The translations under genes and the position numbers were made by a program. The notes beneath the pieces are model-generated. The model searched no databases and had not been told where the DNA came from. It worked only from the letters and a program-made list of their open reading frames with translations. A DNA stretch of 64,000 nucleotides from Isosphaeraceae bacterium (GTDB lineage: Bacteria > Planctomycetota > Planctomycetia > Isosphaerales > Isosphaeraceae): NCBI GenBank assembly GCA_965201075.1, contig CBDAVP010000008.1, positions 62,001 through 126,000 of the forward strand. The letters run 5' to 3'. Of the stretch, positions 58,675-64,000 are shown piece by piece. Numbering within the stretch: the first letter of the stretch is position 1; each line of letters opens with the position of its first letter.

Positions 58675-59628
58675 TTGAGAGCTGTTTACTGTGACGGGGC
58701 GATTGCTCACCTGCGGGACAACCTCCCCAGACCCACAACCGGGTCTTCAGAAACTCGGCTGACCGTTCGCCTGGCCGGCATCTGTGACACCGACCTACAA
58801 CTGGCCCGGGGCTACATGGGCTTTCGAGGAATTCTGGGCCACGAATTCGTCGGTCACGATGCGGATGGGCAGCGCTATACCGCGGAAATCAATAACGCCT
58901 GCCACCATTGCCCAACCTGTCAGGCCGGTCGCCCGGGCCACTGTCCGCATCGAACCGTCCTGGGGATTCTCAACCATGATGGGGCCATGGCCGAGGAGGT
59001 CTGCGTCCCCCGAAGGAACCTTCACGCCATCCCCGACACGGTGGACGATCACTCCGCCGTCTTCATCGAGCCCCTGGCCGCCGCCTTCCGGATCGCCGAG
59101 CAAATCGCTCTCGGCCAGGAAACGAACCTGGCGATCCTGGGAGACGGCAAACTCGGCATCCTCTGCGCCTGGGCCTGCCGCCTGTCGGGGGCCAACGTGA
59201 CGCTCATCGGCAAGCATCCCGAAAAGCTGGCCATCGCGGGCCAGGGGATCGCCACCCACACGGTTGACGAAACCGAAGGCCTAGCCCGATCGTTTGACGT
59301 GGTGGCCGACTGCACCGGCTCCCACTCGGGATTTCCCACCGCGCTGGGCCTGGTCCGACCCGAGGGGACCATCATTCTGAAGACCACCATCGCCGGAACT
59401 CACGCCATCGCCCTCGCCCCGGTGGTCATCGACGAAATCCGGGTAATCGGCTCCCGCTGCGGCCCCTTCCCTCGCGCCATCGCCGCCCTCGAACGTCGAG
59501 AGATCGACGTCCGGCCCCTCATCGGTCAGGAATTCCCGCTGAAAGACGCTGACGCCGCCTTCCTGGCCGCCGCGGCCCCCGGCGCCCGCAAGATCCTGAT
59601 CCGGGTGGGCACCGGCAAAATCGGCTGA
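58675..59628 (+). CDS. Zinc-dependent MDR alcohol dehydrogenase-like protein
   Basis: GICDTD, GHEFVG, CHHCPTC..C, EPLAAA, GDGKLG, GSRCGPF; TTG start after GGAGA. Confidence 0.9.
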   Translation: MRAVYCDGAIAHLRDNLPRPTTGSSETRLTVRLAGICDTDLQLARGYMGFRGILGHEFVGHDADGQRYTAEINNACHHCPTCQAGRPGHCPHRTVLGILNHDGAMAEEVCVPRRNLHAIPDTVDDHSAVFIEPLAAAFRIAEQIALGQETNLAILGDGKLGILCAWACRLSGANVTLIGKHPEKLAIAGQGIATHTVDETEGLARSFDVVADCTGSHSGFPTALGLVRPEGTIILKTTIAGTHAIALAPVVIDEIRVIGSRCGPFPRAIAALERREIDVRPLIGQEFPLKDADAAFLAAAAPGARKILIRVGTGKIG

Positions 59629-59648
59629 GACCCAGCCGTGGCGCCTGG

Positions 59649-60062
59649 TCAGGCCGTCGCCGCCAGGATCTCCGCCCAAAGCACTGGGGACACGTCGGAA
59701 ACCCCCGACTTCACGGCCAACTTCAGGCCCTGCTCGGCCGAAAACCCTCGGACCCGGGCGAGTGCGACGCCGGCCACCGCCGGGGACCGACTCAACCCCG
59801 CCCCGCAAGACACCAGTGACGAAACCCCCACCCGCAAGAGGATCTCCACGATCTCGACCGCCGAGCGTAGCATCCAGGGAGGGTTCCCCGTGCCATCCAC
59901 CAGCGGGAAGCGGCAGTACACCACCGTTCGACCCAGCAACGCGGGAGGCTCTTCCATCGCCAGGTCGACGACCGCCCCAACCCCGGCCGCCAGCAAGGCG
60001 GGGACATCGCGAAGATCACCGGCATGTCCGAGCCGCAGAGGGTAGCCCGAAATCCAGCGCAT
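59649..60062 (-). CDS. Small dual-specificity/PTP-like phosphatase
   Basis: FPLVDG acid loop, SCGAGLSRS (CX5R); start ATG 60062. Confidence 0.82.
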   Translation of the reverse strand: MRWISGYPLRLGHAGDLRDVPALLAAGVGAVVDLAMEEPPALLGRTVVYCRFPLVDGTGNPPWMLRSAVEIVEILLRVGVSSLVSCGAGLSRSPAVAGVALARVRGFSAEQGLKLAVKSGVSDVSPVLWAEILAATA

Positions 60063-60119
60063 GCGATCGACTCCAGTCGATGTGCGACGGGCCATTCGGG
60101 GGCGGACTGTCGCCCCTTC

Positions 60120-62042
60120 TCAAATGTCCAGGTCCCGGGCCGTGTATGCCTCGGCCATGATGAACTTGTAACGCGCCTCGGGCTCCTTGCCCATTAGCTC
60201 CGAGACCGTGTTGGCGATGTATTGCTGGTCGTCCTCGGGGATCAGGACCCGAAGTAGCCGTCTCCGCTCGGGGTCGAGGGTCGTCTCGTACAAGAGCTTG
60301 GCCGGCATCTCCCCCAGCCCCTTGAATCGGGTGATCGTCGGCTTGGCGTTCTTGGGCAACTTGTTCAGGATGCGATCCCGTCCGGCGTCGTCGGCGGCCC
60401 AGTAGGTCTCCTGCCCGTGGCTGACCTTGTAGAGCGGCGGGCAGGCCAGGTAGACGCGACCCTCGGTCAGCAGGGAGCGTAGGTGCCGGTAGAAGAAGGT
60501 CAACAGCAGGGTCGCGATGTGGTGGCCGTCGCTGTCGGCGTCGGTCAGAAGGATCACCTTGCCATATCTCAGCCGGGCCGGATCGTAGGTGTCGTCCATA
60601 CCGCAGCCCAGGGCGCTGACAATGTCGGTCAGTTCCTTGTTGTCCAGGACCTTGGCCTTGCCCGCCTGCTCGGCGTTGAGCACCTTCCCCTTCAAGGGCA
60701 AAATCGCCTGGGTATCGCGGTCACGCCCCTGCTTGGCCGATCCCCCGGCGCTGTCTCCCTCGACGATGAATAGTTCCGACTCCTCGGCCACGGTGCTGTC
60801 GCAGTCGTGCAGCTTGCCCGGCAACGTCAGGCGGTTGCTGATGGCTGTCTTGCGACGCACCTGTGAGGCCGCGGCGCGGCTGGCCTCCCGAGCTCGGGCC
60901 GACTGGATGACCCTCGACGCGATTGCCTCGCCCACGCTGCGGTTCTTCAGCAGAAAGTCTTCCAGACGGGGGCGGACCAGCGAGTCAACCAGCGAGCGGA
61001 CCTCGGGATTATTCAGCCGGTCCTTGGTCTGGCCCTGGAACTGGGGCTCGTGGACGCAGATCGAGAGGATGCCCGTGAGACCCTCGCGAATGTCCTCCGG
61101 CTTGAGGTCCAGCCCCTTCTTGATCAGGTCCTGAGCCTCCATGAATTTCCGCACGGCCGACCGCACCGCCTCGCGCAACCCCTGCTCGTGGGTGCCCCCA
61201 TCGCGAGTCGGGATGGTGTTCACATACGACCGAATATCCTCATCCGTTGACTCCGTCCACGCCAGCGCCAGGTCGATGCGCAACCCGTCATCGGTTGAGT
61301 CACGCTCCAGGGTAAACGGCAGAGTGGCGACCCGTTGGTCCTGGCGGCGGGCGTTGACGGCGTCCAGAAAGTCAACCACACCGCCGTCGTGGCGAAATTC
61401 GAGGTTCGTCCCGGCTTTGTCGTCCACGAACTGGATCATCAACCCTTTATTCAGGTATGTTTTAACTTCCAGCCGCTCCGCGATTAATTCCGGGTCATAC
61501 TGAACCTCGCCGAAGATGTCCGGGTCGGGGGTGAACGTCAACGTCGTCCCGGTCCCCCTCGCCGGCTCGCCACGCTCAACCGGTCCCAGCGACTTGCCCC
61601 GCCGATACTGCTGATGATGGACGAACCCTTCGCGGCGCACCTGCACATCCAGGCTCTTACTCAGGGCATTGACGACACTGGCGCCCACCCCGTGCAGGCC
61701 GCCGGCCACCTTGTAGGCGTCGTTATCAAACTTCCCCCCCGCATGCAGCGTCGTCAGGATCGTCTCCAATGCACTCTGGCCAGTCTTGGAATGCCGGTCG
61801 ACCGGGATGCCCCGACCGTTGTCGGCCACCGAAACCGTCCGGCCGTCCTTCCCCAGAGTCACCACGATCCTCGTAGCATGGCCATTCATCACCTCGTCGA
61901 CCGAGTTATCGACGATCTCCCAGAGCAGGTGATGCAGCCCTGCCTTATCCACGCCGCCGATGTACATGCCCGGTCGGCGGCGGACCGCCTCCAGGCCCTC
62001 CAGGACCGTGATCGACTCGGCATTATAGACCCCAACAGCCAT
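60120..62042 (-). CDS. parE: Type IIA topoisomerase B subunit, topoisomerase IV-like
   Basis: EAVRRRPGMYIG, EIVDNSVDE, DNGRGIP, GGLHGVG, EGDSAGG, PLKGK, TDADSDG, RFKGLGEM; start ATG 62042; parE rather than gyrB inferred from the partner subunit. Confidence 0.88.
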   Translation of the reverse strand: MAVGVYNAESITVLEGLEAVRRRPGMYIGGVDKAGLHHLLWEIVDNSVDEVMNGHATRIVVTLGKDGRTVSVADNGRGIPVDRHSKTGQSALETILTTLHAGGKFDNDAYKVAGGLHGVGASVVNALSKSLDVQVRREGFVHHQQYRRGKSLGPVERGEPARGTGTTLTFTPDPDIFGEVQYDPELIAERLEVKTYLNKGLMIQFVDDKAGTNLEFRHDGGVVDFLDAVNARRQDQRVATLPFTLERDSTDDGLRIDLALAWTESTDEDIRSYVNTIPTRDGGTHEQGLREAVRSAVRKFMEAQDLIKKGLDLKPEDIREGLTGILSICVHEPQFQGQTKDRLNNPEVRSLVDSLVRPRLEDFLLKNRSVGEAIASRVIQSARAREASRAAASQVRRKTAISNRLTLPGKLHDCDSTVAEESELFIVEGDSAGGSAKQGRDRDTQAILPLKGKVLNAEQAGKAKVLDNKELTDIVSALGCGMDDTYDPARLRYGKVILLTDADSDGHHIATLLLTFFYRHLRSLLTEGRVYLACPPLYKVSHGQETYWAADDAGRDRILNKLPKNAKPTITRFKGLGEMPAKLLYETTLDPERRRLLRVLIPEDDQQYIANTVSELMGKEPEARYKFIMAEAYTARDLDI

Positions 62043-62105
62043 CAGATTCCCCCTCTCGCACCGGAGGCCGCGAGTCGAGTCCACTCTCCACCCCCAGTCC
62101 ATCCT

Positions 62106-62885
62106 TCAGGACGTCTCCGAGACCGGTGGGCCGCCGCCCCCATCAGAGGGTTCCGCCGACGGGTGGTGGCCCAGCAAGGCGCGCAGCCGAATGACCTCAT
62201 CGGCCAGAAGCTTGGCCCGCTCGCGTTCGGCATCGGCCCGCTCGCGTTCGGCATCGGCCCGCTCGCGTTCGGCATCGGCCCGCTCCTGCTCTTCGGCGAG
62301 AGCGTCGAACTTCTCCTCGTTCGTGAGGATCGGACGACCGGTCGCGGGATCCACCAGGCGGATCATCGTCCCTTCGGGGATCATTCTAAGCCCCAGCAAC
62401 GGGCTGGTCAGGCCACCATCCGCGTCGGTCAGCAGAAGTTGGTAAGCTCCATCATGCAGCCGAAACCCCAGGAACGGCGGATTCAGGATCTCTCCCAGCG
62501 GGTCGAACAGGTAATATTCCGAGACACCCAATCGCGCGTACAATTCGCGCTTCGGCCCCAGATCTTCCCGCACGGTCTGGGGCGACGACAGCTCGACGAT
62601 CACCGAGGGGACGGCCCCCTCCTCCCACGTCTTGAAAATATTCCGTGTGTGCTTAGGCACGCCGAAGATCACCATGATGTCGGGCGCCCGGTTCTTCCTC
62701 GGCTCTCCCTCGGCGTAGTAGAGAAACATATTGGAAGCCACGTACACGTCGTTGCGACGGGCGAAATGTTCACGAAGGCCTCCCAGCAGGGCGAACATCG
62801 ACGTGATATGCCAGTCGGTTTCGCCCAAGGGTGCACCGTCGGAATGGGGATATTCGATCGCCTCGGCGATGGCGGACGGGTTCAT
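62106..62885 (-). CDS. Uma2-family endonuclease with a C-terminal coiled-coil repeat
   Basis: YPHSDG, APDIMV, IVELSS, KRELYARLGVSEYYLFDP; (AERERAD)n tail. Confidence 0.9.
   Translation of the reverse strand: MNPSAIAEAIEYPHSDGAPLGETDWHITSMFALLGGLREHFARRNDVYVASNMFLYYAEGEPRKNRAPDIMVIFGVPKHTRNIFKTWEEGAVPSVIVELSSPQTVREDLGPKRELYARLGVSEYYLFDPLGEILNPPFLGFRLHDGAYQLLLTDADGGLTSPLLGLRMIPEGTMIRLVDPATGRPILTNEEKFDALAEEQERADAERERADAERERADAERERAKLLADEVIRLRALLGHHPSAEPSDGGGGPPVSETS
62214..62285. repeat. Perfect 21-bp tandem repeat, 3.4 copies
   Basis: GGCCCGCTCGCGTTCGGCATC x3 + GGCCCGCTC; each unit encodes one heptad (ERADAER). Confidence 0.95.
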
Positions 62886-62918
62886 GGACGAGTCCTCCGG
62901 ATCGAGTCGGCCCCGAGA

Positions 62919-64000
62919 TTAAAGGTCCACCTGGTCGACCGGCGGCACTGGGCGGGCTTCTTCGTGGAGGATCGCCTCCAACGAGCCCCTTTGCAAAATG
63001 CCGTGGCCTCGGCCGCCCCTCGACGTGACTGGATACTTGGTCGCCCTGACGACCTGAGTCGAGCCCCGGTTGGTTTTGACGGTCAGGCCCTCGCGCATCC
63101 GGTTGGCCAGGGTGAATCCCAGCACGCGATCCTTGGGGTCGAGCTTGATCGCCGTGACCCCCTTGGCCGCTCCCGAGACGACGTTGGCCTCGGCGACGGG
63201 GAAGATCAAGACCCGGGCCGACCTCGTGGCCAGGCAAACGTTCTCAGAGCCATCGGTCGCCTCGACCCCCACGACCCGGTCGTCGGTCACTACCGGGTCC
63301 AACCTCACGAGCACCCGCCCCTTCTTGGTCGAGACCCCCGCCACCGAGGCCATCGCGAACCGCAAAACCTTCCCTCCGGCCGTCAAGGCAACCGCATACG
63401 GCGGCGACGGCACGCTTGAGGTCGCCAAATGCCCGTTGCCGGTTCCGTTGGTCTCGGGGGACGATTCGACGCTCCCAGGCAGCAGCGACTGCACCGCCGG
63501 GGCCAGGTGCGGGGGGGGGGCGACCACCGCCGGCAAACAGCGAGGGTCGTGGCACAAAACTCCGACGACGTGCTCGCGGTCCTCGAAGGCGAAGTGCGTC
63601 TGGATCGCCTCGCCGTGGCCGGTCGTCAGCGGGATGTCGTTCGCCCTCAGGGTGTAGCCCACGCCCCGGTCGGTGCAGAAAGTCAGTGAATGACGGGCCC
63701 GGCAGCGGAAGACCCACCCCACCTGGTCGTCATCTCTCAGGCGAATCCCCGCCACGTCGGCGAACGACTTCTGCCGCTTGATCCAGCCGTCCCGGGTCAC
63801 GATGACCCAGGCGTCCTCGTCCACGATGTAGTCTTCCTCGCGGTACTCCACTGGCACTGGAGGACCGGCCACCTGCGTTCGTCGCTCGTCTCCATAGGTT
63901 TTGGAGATCCCCTTCAATTCGCCCCGGACTATCTTCCAGCGCTCCGGCTCATCGGCCAGCAATGCCTCAATTTCCATCGCCCGCGTCCGTCGCTCCGCCA
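62919..64000 (-). CDS. parC: Type IIA topoisomerase A subunit C-terminal part, ParC-like (5' end outside the window)
   Basis: YGDERRT, then about 5 beta-pinwheel blades (VTRDGWIKR, TDRG, TAGG, TRSA, TNRG); frame open to the window edge; no GyrA box in blade 1. Confidence 0.85.
   Translation of the reverse strand, partial: AERRTRAMEIEALLADEPERWKIVRGELKGISKTYGDERRTQVAGPPVPVEYREEDYIVDEDAWVIVTRDGWIKRQKSFADVAGIRLRDDDQVGWVFRCRARHSLTFCTDRGVGYTLRANDIPLTTGHGEAIQTHFAFEDREHVVGVLCHDPRCLPAVVAPPPHLAPAVQSLLPGSVESSPETNGTGNGHLATSSVPSPPYAVALTAGGKVLRFAMASVAGVSTKKGRVLVRLDPVVTDDRVVGVEATDGSENVCLATRSARVLIFPVAEANVVSGAAKGVTAIKLDPKDRVLGFTLANRMREGLTVKTNRGSTQVVRATKYPVTSRGGRGHGILQRGSLEAILHEEARPVPPVDQVDL

Noticed and set aside
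62214..62285. Tandem repeat as a CRISPR array
   Set aside because: No spacers, in-frame within a CDS, no cas genes; no CRISPR array was seen anywhere in the window
63511..63520. G10 tract in parC (also C9 at 1863-1871 and G8 at 28126-28133) as phase-variation switches
   Set aside because: Both coding tracts are in frame and encode Pro runs in a GC-rich genome; phase variation of a topoisomerase is implausible and there is no evidence of length variation

Overview
GC-rich, gene-dense chromosomal window with a clear Planctomycetota (probably Isosphaeraceae-like) signature: a PSD1/planctomycete cytochrome c plus DUF1501 pair, a PVC-type heme-binding CxxCH protein, a LESRxLL-motif secreted S8 protease, several Hanks-type kinases and two Uma2 nucleases. 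About 48 protein genes are supported. They include many glycosyltransferases (six GT-C-like membrane proteins, three of them a tandem paralogous array), a six-gene glycan synthesis/capping cluster, and a topoisomerase IV-like parC-Uma2-parE operon cut by the right edge. The most notable feature is absent from the ORF track: a minus-strand tRNA with a CAU anticodon (most likely tRNA-Ile2, 57140-56797) split after anticodon position 36 by a 272-nt ORF-less group I self-splicing intron. Its P1-P9 core can be paired by eye and it carries an extra P7.1-like stem. Other highlights are a perfect 7-1-7 Fur-type box upstream of a DUF4198-like/Kelch fusion gene, a 100-bp gene-conversion tract between GT-C paralogs, a recent 327-bp intragenic duplication in the protease, integrase-arm-like repeats beside the tRNA, and a small membrane gene broken by an in-frame TAG. 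No CRISPR array, rRNA, transposase or integrase was seen. All family calls come from motif recognition, not database searches.
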